Shown here: in pieces, positions 51,060-63,572 of the stretch
Position numbering within the stretch: position 1 is the first letter of the stretch
Layout of the letters: each line of letters starts with the position of its first letter
Assembly: GCF_001194135.2 (NCBI RefSeq)
Contig: NC_068989.1
Span: 68,511,710 to 68,575,664, forward strand
Direction of reading: 5' to 3'
Source of the DNA: Octopus bimaculoides
Lineage: Eukaryota
Length of the DNA: 63,955 nucleotides
Notes under the pieces: model-generated
The model's database searches: none
The model's input: the letters and a program-made list of their open reading frames with translations, nothing else
Told to the model about the DNA's origin: nothing
Translations under genes and position numbers: made by a program

Positions 51060-51852
51060 CTCACTGGGAATCGTTGGACTCGAGAACCCATAAAAGAGCT
51101 TTGTCCAATGAAAATTTTGTCTACAAAGTCATCATTAGTTCAGGAGAGCATGTTCATCGAATCTCAAACCCGAGAGGTGCTGAAGGATAAGGACTTTGAG
51201 GAGCTTCCTACCTTAAAGAAACTGAGAGCATTGGAAGCATTTAAGTCAGTCTGCCACGGCTTCCTTGATAACACATGGGTACTAGATTACCAAGAGTGTA
51301 TCGAGAAGTTGTTACAGTCTTAAGGGAGAGCAAGCGTCACCCAAAATTCATCTCTCCACTCCCACCTCAACTTCTTACCTCCGAAACTCGGAGCAACGAG
51401 TGATGAGCATGGAGAAAGGTTCCACCAAGATATTACTAAGATGGGGAGCAACTACCAAGGCAAGTGGAACCCCAGCATGATGGGGGAGTTTTGTTGGATG
51501 CTCTTGCATGACATCCCGGAAGCAAAGTATACAAGATCATCAAAAACACTCACTTCTAACTCTCTGTTGTACTATGATTTGTGTGTATTGTATTATCGAA
51601 TTTAGTTTCATCAATGTTCTGTATCTGTGCTATTTTTTCTGTAATATGCCTTTGTAACAGATGAAATAAACACATTATATTTTGAATTTATATGCAGTAT
51701 AATTAAAATGAGATATCTGCAAGCAAAAAATCTAGAGGTGATAGCACAAAACTGTTAGCAAAATTGAATTCACCATATCAAAATAAGTAAAAAAAAAATT
51801 CCTATTTACATCCTTGCTTCAAAGCAAATAAAAAAGTTTTTGTAAACCAGTG
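51060..51852 (+). mobile_element. Chapaev-like (CMC superfamily) transposase C-terminal remnant and 3' end
   Basis: KIH/LHSHLNFLPPKLGATSDEHGERFHQDITKMGSNYQGKWNPSMMGEFCWML, a motif characteristic of Chapaev3-type transposases; ends ...aaaaagttttgtaaacCAGTG. Confidence 0.72.
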
Positions 51853-52695
51853 TAATTTGTGACATGAAGGATACAGTCAATTTAATAAGACTAATCGTAT
51901 ACTTAGTATATATTTTTATAAATGAAAGTTTAAGCTGGATCCGGCGGGAGCTGAACGCAGAACGTAAAGGTATGAGACTAAATACTGCAAAGTATTCTAA
52001 TCAGCTACTTACTCAGCCATCCATTTACTCCATCGCTTAGAAATCTCACAATATTGAATTGCGAAGCTTCACTAGAGAGAGGGTGTGGTTTTTCTTGAAG
52101 TACAACTAATTCATACTACATCACGTTATGTTTTGTTGTATCTTTGAAATCACTAAGCACCTGCCACCTAATTTACCTGACTGCAGGAGTGTTTAAGAAC
52201 AGAGTAAATACAGATAGAGGAAGGCTGATGCATAGTTTTCTGAATTTATAGTATTCAGATAAAATTCTCTCACACACGAATGAATTAATCTTGTGAGTCG
52301 TAAATCATTTCTTCATTCGTTTCAAAAAACAATTGCTAAGCGCCAGCTTATACATCGAAATACTGCTTCAGTGATGAGGAATAGTTCAAGAGATTAAAGA
52401 GAAATAAAATATGACGTTATTCAATAAATAATTGACACCTGACATCTTTCCATCTAAGTTGAATATGAATGCTTTCCATTAATCTTAGGCCAACAGAAAT
52501 AGTAACAAGAAAAGTACTCACCTGTTTTTCTTTGAGTGTGTGTGTGTGAGGGTGTGCGCGCGCGCATGTAAGAGAGATAGATATATATATATACATACAT
52601 ACGCATATATATATATAATGTGCAATCTGTTAACAAATACATACCTACATTATTTACATTATTTATATTTGGCGGATATTTGTCATTTTGTTTGT

Positions 52696-52792
52696 TGTTA
52701 ACACAACGTTTCAGTTGATATACACTCCAGCCTTCATCAGGTGTCTTGGGGAAATTTTGAACTTGGGTTCTCATTCCTAAGGTATTTTTCGA

Positions 52793-52838
<46 letters not shown>

Positions 52839-52860
52839 GTTGTTATTATTACTATTATTC
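52696..52860 (-). mobile_element. Penelope-like terminal fragment with hammerhead-ribozyme-like motif, joined to (AAT)n
   Basis: Minus: gacac CUGAUGA aggcuggagugu auaucaacu GAAA CGUU guguu; (TTA)n at about 52795-52860. Confidence 0.65.
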
Positions 52861-52907
52861 AGGTCACTGATTGGTTCGATTCCAAGCAGTGGAATAATAT
52901 ATATTTC

Positions 52908-53045
52908 TATCAAATCCACTCACAAGGCTTTGGCCGGCCCAAAGGTGTAGTAGAAGACGCTTGCCCACGGTGCCACACAGTGGGACTGAACCCAGAACTA
53001 TGTGGTTGGAAAACAAGCTACTTAACACGCAGCCACTCCTGCGCT
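52908..53045 (-). mobile_element. SINE family A 5' half
   Basis: aaatccactcacaaggctttggccggccc...ggtgccacacagtgggactgaaccc...cagccactcctgcgc. Confidence 0.9.
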
Positions 53046-53069
53046 TTTATGTATAATACGCTGCAAGAT

Positions 53070-53565
53070 AGGACCCCTCTTCCAAAAGGATGGCTCCCTC
53101 ACAGATAGTCCAACCAGGATCAGTGAGGTACTGAATGATCAGTTCAAAAGTGTCTTTACCACCCTGTTGGAACACAGACAAGTGAACGAACCAATAGATT
53201 TCGTTGTCGCCTCACCTATAACCAGCGTGGTAGTTACCATGGAATACATCGACATTAGCGAAGAAGATATACTACTAAGCATAGATGAGGTGGACCCAAA
53301 CTCAACTGCCGGTCCTGATGGTTTCCCAGCAATCCTCCTCAAATCGTGTTAGTGTGCTCTGGCAAAAGCTCTACAGATTCCCTTCCAGAGCTTTTTTGCA
53401 AATGGCAGGCTGCCAAGCAAGCTGAAGGAGAGAATAATATGCCCAATCCTTAAAGGGGGAAGCAGAGCAGATGACAAAGCCTATAGACCTATCTCTCTGA
53501 CTTCACACATCAACAAAGTCATGGAACGGATAGTCAGAAGGAAACTAGTCGCATTCCTTGAAGAA
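53070..53565 (+). mobile_element. APE-type LINE ORF2 fragment (pre-RT linker and RT start)
   Basis: LNDQFKSVFT...EVDPNSTAGPDGFPAILLKSC*...CPILKGGSRADDKAYRPISLTSHINKVMERIVRRKLVAFLEE. Confidence 0.9.
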
Positions 53566-54132
53566 TATACATCAACGGGCAGTTGAGGGCATATCTGAGA
53601 GAGTCACTATGAAAAGCAGTGGAAATTTCGCTGTCATTGATATTAAGTTGAGTTTCGATAGATTTTACTTTTTATATAAATGTCTTTATGTGTTGCAAAT
53701 GAAGATGTTTTTGTGGGTGTTACATCTTTTGTATCAGTGGATGTAAATTTTTTCTCGCATTATTCTGTGGCAGGTCTATCCATCTGTAAGTGTACCCATT
53801 ATTAACTAACGTTGTTTACGCATAGCGTTTCCTTATCTAAAGTTTTTTTTTTGTTTTTTTCATGGATGAATATTCAAAATCTCGTCCGAGAAAGGATTTG
53901 GCTATAGTTATTTAATATGTGTGGAGACATTCATTATTACCGATCATAAAAATGCATTTGCTTCAGAGTTGTGCATAGTGACATGATATACGTGTTATTC
54001 TTTATTACTATATTTATATCTAATTATGGGGTTGATGTAATGCCAGAACATATAATGGAACTGTGTTGAATTGTAAATGTTAGTTTCAAGATCTTTGACA
54101 AATTCAGCAATATTGTGTCTCCGAACAATACA

Positions 54133-54136
54133 TGTG

Positions 54137-54230
<94 letters not shown>
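54133..54230. repeat. (GT)n microsatellite
   Basis: Directly visible. Confidence 0.95.
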
Positions 54231-54231
<1 letters not shown>

Positions 54232-55729
54232 AATGAGAGGAGAAAGTGATGGGGAGAGAGGAAGAAAGCGAGAAATGTGGGGATAGATTTATAGATCTTG
54301 AATTGTTTTTTTATTCAGTTAGTCAATGTATTATATTAAGTTATATCGTATGAAATCTAGTTTGTGGAGCACTCAAATATATTCTTGCTTCAAGCAGCAT
54401 TCCTTCTGTATTTGCAAAATATATGTGTGCATATTTGTACATATATAATGTGTGTGTGTGTCTGTGTTTTTGTATGTCTGTCTGTGTGTGTGTGTGTGTG
54501 TATGTGTGAGTGTGTGATTTTGCGTGGGTACATTATATTTATATATTAGTAATACTGGAGATACTCACGTGATGCGTCGAGTCTGTTAATACATAGTGTA
54601 ACTATAAAATTATAGATGCTATATATACTCACATAATGCATTTTACTCTGCTTCCATAATACTGTCAGAATGCAAAATATATAAATATGAAAATAATTTT
54701 CTGTAAACTGTTATATAATTTTTTTTGTTTTATTTCGTTTCTGTTTTTTCTCCATTATTCTGATCATTGTTTATCATGGATTGCTAAAAATTACAAGATT
54801 ATTATATCATAACGTCTTCTCGAAGCAAGGGAGTAACACTCTCTACCCCTAAACCGTAGCAAAATGCTGAATACATGTTATGTTCAGAAAACTACTGTCC
54901 TCCGAAAAATTCCTATCATTTCATGACCTTATATATCTCTCTCTTTCTTTCTCTCCACCTTATGTTTTAAAATTTCTTACTGTAATTCTCTATCCTCTCA
55001 ACCTTCTCTCCCTCTTTTCATCTTTGTCGTATCTTATCAAAGTCTTCTATCCTACCGACTGAAAGATTTCCGCAATCGGACCGCGAGCGTTTAATTTTCC
55101 TTTGGATCCACTTTCTCAGTCTGATTTACTTCAGCGCCATCTACACAGGGTTTCAAATTACAATAACTTCAGTATTCAGTGAAGTATGTAAAGACTTCCA
55201 TTTCCTAAACAGTGTTTTTTTTTCCAACTAACTGTTGTCCTCATAATCTCTAGCTGCCAATTCTCCCTCGAGATTACACATTACTATCTTAAAACATGAA
55301 GTTCATATTGAGCAATGTAATACTAGATATCAAAAACAATACAAGATAGTCAAAGGTCGAATACTTTTGATCATAGGCTGACTGCAAGGCTCATCTGGAC
55401 GTGAACAACAATATCGATCATCTTTATTTTCAACTCAAGTGACTTTAGATGGACTAACAAATCNNNNNNNNNNNNNNNNNNNNNNNNNNNNNNNNNNNNN
55501 NNNNNNNNNNNNNNNNNNNNNNNNNNNNNNNNNNNNNNNNNNNNNNNNNNNNNNNNNNNNNNNNNNNNNNNNNNNNNNNNNNNNNNNNNNNNNNNNNNNN
55601 NNNNNNNNNNNNNNNNNNNNNNNNNNNNNNNNNNNNNNNNNNNNNNNNNNNNNNNNNNNNNNNNNNNNNNNNNNNNNNNNNNNNNNNNNNNNNNNNNNNN
55701 NNNNNNNNNNNNNGAGAGAGAGAGAGAGA

Positions 55730-55805
55730 TACGACAGGATTCTTTCAGTTTCCATCTAGCAAATTCACTCACAAGACTTTGGTCGGCTCGAGGCTGTGGA
55801 AGAAC
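55730..55805 (-). mobile_element. SINE family A fragment
   Basis: tctttcagtttccatctagcaaattcactcacaagactttggtcggctcgagg. Confidence 0.8.
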
Positions 55806-56664
55806 TATAGAAGAACAATAAAGTGTTCCCTGAAAACCCGTTATGGTTCAGCATCTATTTGCATGCATTTGGAACATCTACCGCAGGACTCCAAACAATC
55901 ATGAAGGAGAATGCTGTGTAAGAGATTTAATATAAACTTGTATTTATCCTTATTTTCCCTATATACGTGTGCATGTGAGTGTATGAGTATGTGTGTGTGT
56001 GTCTGTATCTATGTGTGTGAGTGTGTGTGATAAAAAAAACACATTCCCAAGGTGTTGTGCAGCGAGATTGAACTTGGAACAACGTTGTTGCAAAGTGAAT
56101 TTCTTAACTACACTACCAATACAACGCCCAGTTGAAATTAAATCTTTCTTCTGTTGAACCTTATCGTTCATTTTGACGGACATAAGAGGTTAATGAAATA
56201 TCTGATCTTTTTCGTTTTCTTACTTTCTTTTTTCCTTTTTTTTGTGGGGAGGGAGACTGTATGGTTATGACTCTTACCACCTGCTATATATAAGGTAAGA
56301 GAATTTTCCCCGTCTTGGAACGTGACTAACGTTTAGTCAGAGCCTATAATAGACATTTTTGTATTATTTTTTTTATGTCTTAACAATAATGAAAAAAAAC
56401 TAATCAACTTTAAAGAAAAAAATCTGCACACAAAGTGGGAGAAAATTGGGTGAATCAACACAAATAGAAATACAATTGAAAAGGTAACATTTCATTTGAA
56501 TGACCAGAGAAAAACTGGGGCGAAAATACATAATTAAATTATAACAAGACACTCTGGCAACTACAGCAAACTTTTGTATTAATTTATCGAGAATTTCGTA
56601 AGTTTTGTATTTATATTCTAATTTTCTTTTTCTTTTTTTTCTTGCTGCCTTATGACGTTGGATT

Positions 56665-56860
56665 ACGGCTATGCTAGAGTACCACTTTGTATGAATAATC
56701 GAACAAATCGAACCCGGTACTTAGTCATTTTTAAGTGAGGTACATTTTCTGCTGGACTCTTTTACTGAACCACCAATGTTGCAGGGACGTTAACAAACTT
56801 ACACCGGTTTTCGAGCGGTGTGAGTAAAGAGAAACAAAAACACAAAGACACGCACACGCA
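56665..56860 (-). mobile_element. Degenerate SINE family A-related 3' half
   Basis: ggctatgctagagtacc...tcgaacaaatcgaaccc...ggacgttaacaaac...ccggttttcgagcggtg; homologous to 63190-63390. Confidence 0.6.
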
Positions 56861-57599
56861 TATACATGGGTGGGTGTGCGCGCGCGTGTACGTAGCTAGA
56901 TAGGCTTGTTTATATATATATATATATNNNNNNNNNNNNNNNNNNNNCAGAACTGAACCTGAAACGACGAGATTACAAATCGAGCTAAACGAAACACCCT
57001 TCTTGCTATGTTTCCAATTCAGGCCCTGATCGAGTCGACGTAAGATTAAAGCATTGAAACGTTGAAGTTGCGATTTTTGAAAATATTTTTCAGAATCGGA
57101 ATCTCCATAGCCTAAAACGTGCGATTCCATAAAAAAAAACTTTTATAGAGGGGAGGGTTCCGTTTACATCTCCGCCATGTGCGCCCACCGTAAGAAGCAG
57201 ATTCACACGTCTACATACAAATATTTGCACGTATAGATCCAAGATAATCAAATCTAAATTTTTTCACAACCACGTGTATATTATCAAAATAGCCCCGCAG
57301 GAAATGCTATTCTGATCAGGAGTAAAAATAATTAAATTATTTTATTTTATTTATTAATTCATAATAGAATATAAGGATAAAATCACGTTAATGATTATTA
57401 TCAGGTGGTCAGCATGCTATCAAAATTTATAGGTAACTTATACATTGAATTAATAATTATATACATATGTATATAATTATATTAAGGGACCCTGTTTTTA
57501 TGACTTTAATCCAGAAATTCTCGTGAAGTCTTTTTAGTATCCTTTCACAAGCCCGATTTTAACCCTACGTATATATAATTTGGAGTTTTGGTAGTATTT

Positions 57600-58019
57600 G
57601 AGCTTGCAGAATCGTTAGTACGCCGAGCGAAATGCTTAGCGGTATTTCGTCTGCCGCTACGTTCTGAGTTCAAATTCCGCCGAGGTTGACTTAACCTTAC
57701 ATCCTTTCGGGGTCGATTAAATAAGTACCAGTTACACACTGGGGTCGATGTAATCGACTTAATCCCTTTGTCTGTCCTTGTTTGCCCCCCCCCTATGTTT
57801 AGCTCCTTGTGGGTAATAAAGAAATAAGAATCGTTAGCACACTGGGCAAGGTACTAAGCGTAATTTCGCGCTGAGTTCAAATTCCGCCGAGGTCGACTTT
57901 CCCTTTCATCTTTTCGGAGTTCGATAAAACAAGCACCAGTTGAACACTGGGGTCAATGTAATCGACTTACCCACTCCCCAGAAATTGCTGGCTTTGTGCC
58001 AAAATTTTAATTCAATATC
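57600..58019 (+). mobile_element. Two head-to-tail SINE family B copies with different 3' tails (57600-57828; 57829-58019)
   Basis: Shared head and core. First tail aatccctttgtctgtccttg...gtaataaagaaataag; second tail gaaattgctggctttgtgccaaaattt. Confidence 0.9.
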
Positions 58020-58569
58020 TGCATTGCGACTTTGGGATTAAGTTTATCTGCTTAGACAATGTCATGCTCCCTGGATTCAAAACACGAAATTATTTAAATC
58101 AAGTTTACACAACACCACATGAAATACCTTGCCGGAGGAGATGGTGTCTTTACTCATCAAAACTGCTATTCCATTCGCCGATAACCTGAATTATATAATA
58201 CAACGTGTTATGAATGTGGAGAGAATTGAATTAATGAAACGGGGAATAAATTTCTTTACATAGTAGTGTTGCACAAAGAACAACTTTCACTTATGTAAAA
58301 TATATGAAACTGCTTTGTTAGTAAGCATAATTGGGTGGAGGTAATTTTATAATTACCCCACACTCACCCAATATATTAATAAAATTCACTGTTCCGAATA
58401 TAAATTAAATAACTCACCTTGTCACCACCGTCTTTATCTCTTTCCAGCTTCACAACACTTACTCTTACCCGCTCTTTTATAATGTGAAACCTGTTTCGGG
58501 CCCCTTTCTCATTCTCTAACATTTTATCACCTGACAAAGCTGCCTCGCTCTCTACTATCACTCCATTCA

Positions 58570-58860
58570 GTCCATGGGAATCTTAGGCTTGCTAGCTAGA
58601 TGGCGACCTCAAGAGTGCTGGTGCCACGAAAAAGGCGCTCAATATCAAGCTACAGAAACCATGCCAAAGCAGACACTGGAGCACGACGCACTCCTCCGAC
58701 CTGTCACATCTTGTAAAAGCGCCCGACCCATACCAATGTGAAAGACAGACATTAAAAGATGATAATGATGTTGACGATGATGTCGACGATGTAGTGGCGG
58801 TGGTGGTGGTGGTGGTGGTGGTGGTGGTCGTCGTCGTCGTCGTCGTCGTCATCGTCGTGT
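58570..58860 (+). mobile_element. Probable RTE-related retroposon 3' tail ending in (GAT)/(GGT)/(CGT) repeats
   Basis: gtgccacgaaaaagg...agaaaccatgccaaagcagacactggagc...cccataccaatgtgaaagacagacattaaaagatgataatgatg; the trinucleotide tail is typical of RTE-type ends; assignment is from recall. Confidence 0.5.
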
Positions 58861-60015
58861 TGGTGAATTAAATGAGTCAAAAATCTTTAATTCCGCATTA
58901 ATAAAAAGGTATTTTCTCCTAAAACTGGTATCATTAAGAAATCTAAACCGCTTCTCTTAGCCAAACTATAACTACTAATTGATGATTATAAGTTGACTTA
59001 CTATCTACATACATGGAATAAAGTGTCAGAAATTTAATCTGCATAACACTGAAGCTGTAAATTTATCTTTTGCCTATTTTAAATGAGTAGTATAAGATTC
59101 ATAGAATCGTGCTTCTATAGCAGGAAGTTCCGCTTACAGATTCGACTTACAGTATAATATAGAACGTCCATGTTACTCGGAATCCAGAAGATCCGATTCA
59201 TCAAAATGTTTCATGAGTATATAAAACCATAGAGTTAGTGGGTATGATGTAGATGTAAATATATTTAACCACAAGTTTCATAGGATTACGACCGTGTAGT
59301 ATTTATTTCAGTGTGCATACCCATTAATGTAAACATGTACTCATAATTTCTTCCGTACAAAAATTGATACTAAATGAAGATGGTTCATGCGAAACGGCCG
59401 TAAATCTTATGAATATTTCACCTTTCATACCACCGGACTTCATTCTTTTATTCTTTTGTGCATTTCAGCTCAAAGACTGTGGCAATGCGGGGGCATTGTT
59501 TGATNNNNNNNNNNNNNNNNNNNNNNNNNNNNNNNNNNNNNNNNNNNNNNNNNNNNNNNNNNNNNNNNNNNNNNNNNNNNNNNNNNNNNNNNNNNNNNNN
59601 NNNNNNNNNNNNNNNNNNNNNNNNNNNNNNNNNNNNNNNNNNNNNNNNNNNNNNNNNNNNNNNNNNNNNNNNNNNNNNNNNNNNNNNNNNNNNNNNNNNN
59701 NNNNNNNNNNNNNNNNNNNNNNNNNNNNNNNNNNNNNNNNNNNNNNNNNNNNNNNNNNNNNNNNNNNNNNNNNNNNNNNNNNNNNNNNNNNNNNNNNNNN
59801 NNNNNNNNNNNNNNNNNNNNNNNNNNNNNNNNNNNNNNNNNNNNNNNNNNNNNNNNNNNNNNNNNNNNNNNNNNNNNNNNNNNNNNNNNNNNNNNNNNNN
59901 NNNNNNNNNNNNNNNNNNNNNNNNNNNNNNNNNNNNNNNNNNNNNNNNNNNNNNNNNNNNNNNNNNNNNNNNNNNNNNNNNNNNNNNNNNNNNNNNNNNN
60001 NNNNNNNNNNNNNNN

Positions 60016-60069
<54 letters not shown>

Positions 60070-60086
60070 TGTATGTATATGTATAT

Positions 60087-60372
60087 ATATATGTCACTAA
60101 AGTGACCGAGGGCACAAGTTAGCATCAGTATTGCTAGACATAGAAGTTAAAACAATTCAGAGCCACAAGAAGCATCTTATCTTAATGACGAGCATTAATA
60201 TATATGCGAAATCACTGTGATCTGGCTATGCCTAGGCGCTGAAGGAGTTTGCCTCCCTTGTCAGTCATTAAGACAAGGAGATAAGGTGCTTCTTGTGCCT
60301 TTGAGTTGCTTTAATTCTTATTTCTACAATACTGGTGCTGACTAGTTCCCTCAGACACTTTAGTGACATATA
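60087..60372. mobile_element. Degenerate MITE with ~100-bp inverted arms and TA-rich ends
   Basis: tatatgtcactaaagtgaccgaggg...cacaagaagcatcttatcttaatga versus tcattaaga...gataaggtgcttcttgtg...ccctcagacactttagtgacatata. Confidence 0.85.
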
Positions 60373-61182
60373 TTCCTGCCTTTCGGTTGTAAAATTGCGA
60401 ACAAGCCACCCTTATATTATATATATATATATATATATATATNNNNNNNNNNNNNNNNNNNNNNNNNNNNNNNNNNNNNNNNNNNNNNNNNNNNNNNNNN
60501 NNNNNNNNNNNNNNNNNNNNNNNNNNNNNNNNNNNNNNNNNNNNNNNNNNNNNNNNNNNNNNNNNNNNNNNNNNNNNNNNNNNNNNNNNNNNNNNNNNNN
60601 NNNNNNNNNNNNNNNNNNNNNNNNNNNNNNNNNNNNNNNNNNNNNNNNNNNNNNNNNNNNNNNNNNNNNNNNNNNNNNNNNNNNNNNNNNNNNNNNNNNN
60701 NNNNNNNNNNNNNNNNNNNNNNNNNNNNNNNNNNNNNNNNNNNNNNNNNNNNNNNNNNNNNNNNNNNNNNNNNNNNNNNNNNNNNNNNNNNNNNNNNNNN
60801 NNNNNNNNNNNNNNNNNNNNNNNNNNNNNNNNNNNNNNNNNNNNNNNNNNNNNNNNNNNNNNNNNNNNNNNNNNNNNNNNNNNNNNNNNNNNNNNNNNNN
60901 NNNNNNNNNNNNNNNNNNNNNNNNNNNNNNNNNNNNNNNNNNNNNNNNNNNNNNNNNNNNNNNNNNNNNNNNNNNNNNNNNNNNNNNNNNNNNNNNNNNN
61001 NNNNNNNNNNNNNNNNNNNNNNNNNNNNNNNNNNNNNNNNNNNNNNNNNNNNNNNNNNNNNNNNNNNNNNNNNNNNNNNNNNNNNNNNNNNNNNNNNNNN
61101 NNNNNNNNNNNNNNNNNNNNNNNNNNNNNNNNNNNNNNNNNNNNNNNNNNNNNNNNNNNNNNNNNNNNNNNNNNNNNNNNNN

Positions 61183-61219
<37 letters not shown>

Positions 61220-61829
61220 AAGAGAGCGAGAGAGAAAGTATACTCACCCATAGCAGAGTGATCTGGAAATGGTCAAGAATTTCACTTCCCAATCATGATG
61301 TCCCAAGTTTTATTCTATAACATGATATCTTGGAACAAGAGTCTTTTCTCATTGTCACAGGTCACCAAAGCCTTTCGAGTGAAACTATTAAATATAAACC
61401 ATGTAGAAATTCGTAGAATGAAGGGCATCCGTAATCCAAATATCCAACTTGTCAAATCATGTGACACTGATTCCACCCGAGAATTTCATGAATAATCAAC
61501 TTCAAAACAGATGGAGAACTCATCATATATGCAATTGTACTTGTATATACTTATAAAACTGAAATTCGTAATGACGGAGTCGGTAAGAATTCGACCCTGC
61601 AGCTGATATGTTGACTGATTATATCCATTAATGGCGGTACACTCTGTTAATGGGAATTTGACATTCGGTTGTAAAGTCTACTTGGAAAGAAAGAACTAGC
61701 AATAAGATGAGTAGCAATCAGCTACAGACATGTAAGCGCTGTAAGAATAACAAAAATATCATTAATATTGATATAATAATATATGATGTTATGTAACATA
61801 ATATTATTATATCACAATGCAGATATATG

Positions 61830-61831
<2 letters not shown>

Positions 61832-61876
<45 letters not shown>
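61832..61876. repeat. (TAT)n microsatellite
   Basis: Directly visible. Confidence 0.95.
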
Positions 61877-61877
<1 letters not shown>

Positions 61878-62543
61878 TTGCAATGAATTAATGTTGCAAT
61901 CGATAGACGTTATATCCACAGAAACACGTTTCATCTGCCTTACATATAAAATAAGTTGAAATACTCAGGGATAATGACGTAGGACGAGTCTCAGTACACT
62001 CTCTAGCATGTTCAGAAATTGGGTTTGAGGGAAAAAGGTGGGAGCTCGGTTTGAAATATTCTGATTCTTTTTTTCTTCCATTATGCCTTTATTCGACACT
62101 GCCTCTAATAATTTTTATTCGACTATTGCATATAGTATGATATAGTCTTTGTCTGATATTTAATTCATCGGTCTTCTCGTAATATATCAATTGTAGTGTA
62201 AACATTTGCGTACCCTGAATGTGATTCAAGAAGACATGTGAGTAAAACATTTCCCGCCGTGAACAACCTATATTTTGTGCAATAGATCAAAAAGTGAATT
62301 ATTGACCGTGTCTTTTTTTAAGTCTTATATATATATATATACATACTTAAAGCTTCAAAATTATCACAAAACTGTCACTAAGAGTTTCACGATCCGGTTC
62401 GTTGGACACGTGGGATGAATACACAGTAATAAAAGCATATTACTCTACCTTTGGTATTCAAGTACCATTTTTTTCCACCTTGTTTTGCATTATGCCCTTC
62501 CATATGTGTGTGTGCGAGTGTATGTTTATTCATAGACAGATTT

Positions 62544-62550
62544 GTGTGTG

Positions 62551-62641
<91 letters not shown>
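62544..62641. repeat. (TG)n microsatellite
   Basis: Directly visible. Confidence 0.95.
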
Positions 62642-62645
<4 letters not shown>

Positions 62646-63019
62646 ATATCAATATATATGTAATCAAACGGCAGGTTGTGATATGAGACAGATTCCAATG
62701 CTATGTCCATCATATCTAAAGAATCTGTTTCAAGACCAAAGAATCATATCTATAAAATGTTTCGAGACCAAATACAAGTAAACCTGTGATTCAGAGGCAA
62801 ATATTATTCACGTGCATGCGGTAAATGGTAGCAAGTGATTTGTTTGGTTAAACCAATGAATTCAACATTGAGTTAATAATATCAGTAAAGAAAACAAAAG
62901 AAAAACAAAGGAAACTATTCTTTTGGATTTTCCCTCATTGCCTTTTATTTTAATATATATGTGTATAAACACACACACATATATAGATATATATACATAT
63001 ACTTACAAACACATACGTA

Positions 63020-63020
63020 C

Positions 63021-63096
<76 letters not shown>
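63020..63096. repeat. (AGAT)n microsatellite
   Basis: Directly visible. Confidence 0.95.
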
Positions 63097-63097
<1 letters not shown>

Positions 63098-63189
63098 TTA
63101 AACGATGGTCTTCTGCTCAGTTCGCGTCCACTGAATTTCTTTCACAATGTATTGGCCAACCGAAAGCTATACTACTAAATGAATTACCT

Positions 63190-63572
63190 TTTACCAGTTT
63201 CAGTCGTAGGTCTGCGGCCATGCTGGAGCATCACTTTTGAAGAATTTTTCGTCGAATAGATCGACCCGAGTGCTTTTTTTAAAGTCTTTTACTCATTCTA
63301 TCGCTCACTATTGGCCAACCACTAAGTTACGGCGATGTAAACAAACCAACACTGGTTGTCCAGCGGTGGTGGGGGACAAACATAGACACAAAGACACATA
63401 TCCGACGGACCCCTTTCTGTTTCCCTCTACCAAATTCACTCACAAGACTCTGGTCAGCCCGAAGTTATATTAACAGAAGAAAACTTGCCCAAGGTGTCAC
63501 GCAGTGCGGCTAAGCCCCGAACTATGTGGCTGGGAAACAAGCTTCTTAGCAAACAGACACGCCTGCGCCTAT
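63190..63572 (-). mobile_element. SINE family A-related, near full length, without an expanded internal microsatellite
   Basis: Tail tttcagtcg...gcggccatgctggagca, body aaattcactcacaag...cttgcccaaggtgtcacgcagt, head cacgcctgcgcc. Confidence 0.85.

Noticed and set aside
51062-51067. CACTGG as the 5' terminus of the Chapaev-like element
   Set aside because: Matches the 3' terminus for only 6 bp and no TSD is visible
55128-55146. CTCF-like motif (minus strand gtgtAGATGGCGCTG)
   Set aside because: A short motif match without occupancy or conservation data
58418-58530. Minus-strand exon candidate ending AAG/GTGAGT
   Set aside because: Strong donor but an unrecognisable peptide (GDKMLENEKGARNRF...); it abuts a retroposon relic and has no other support
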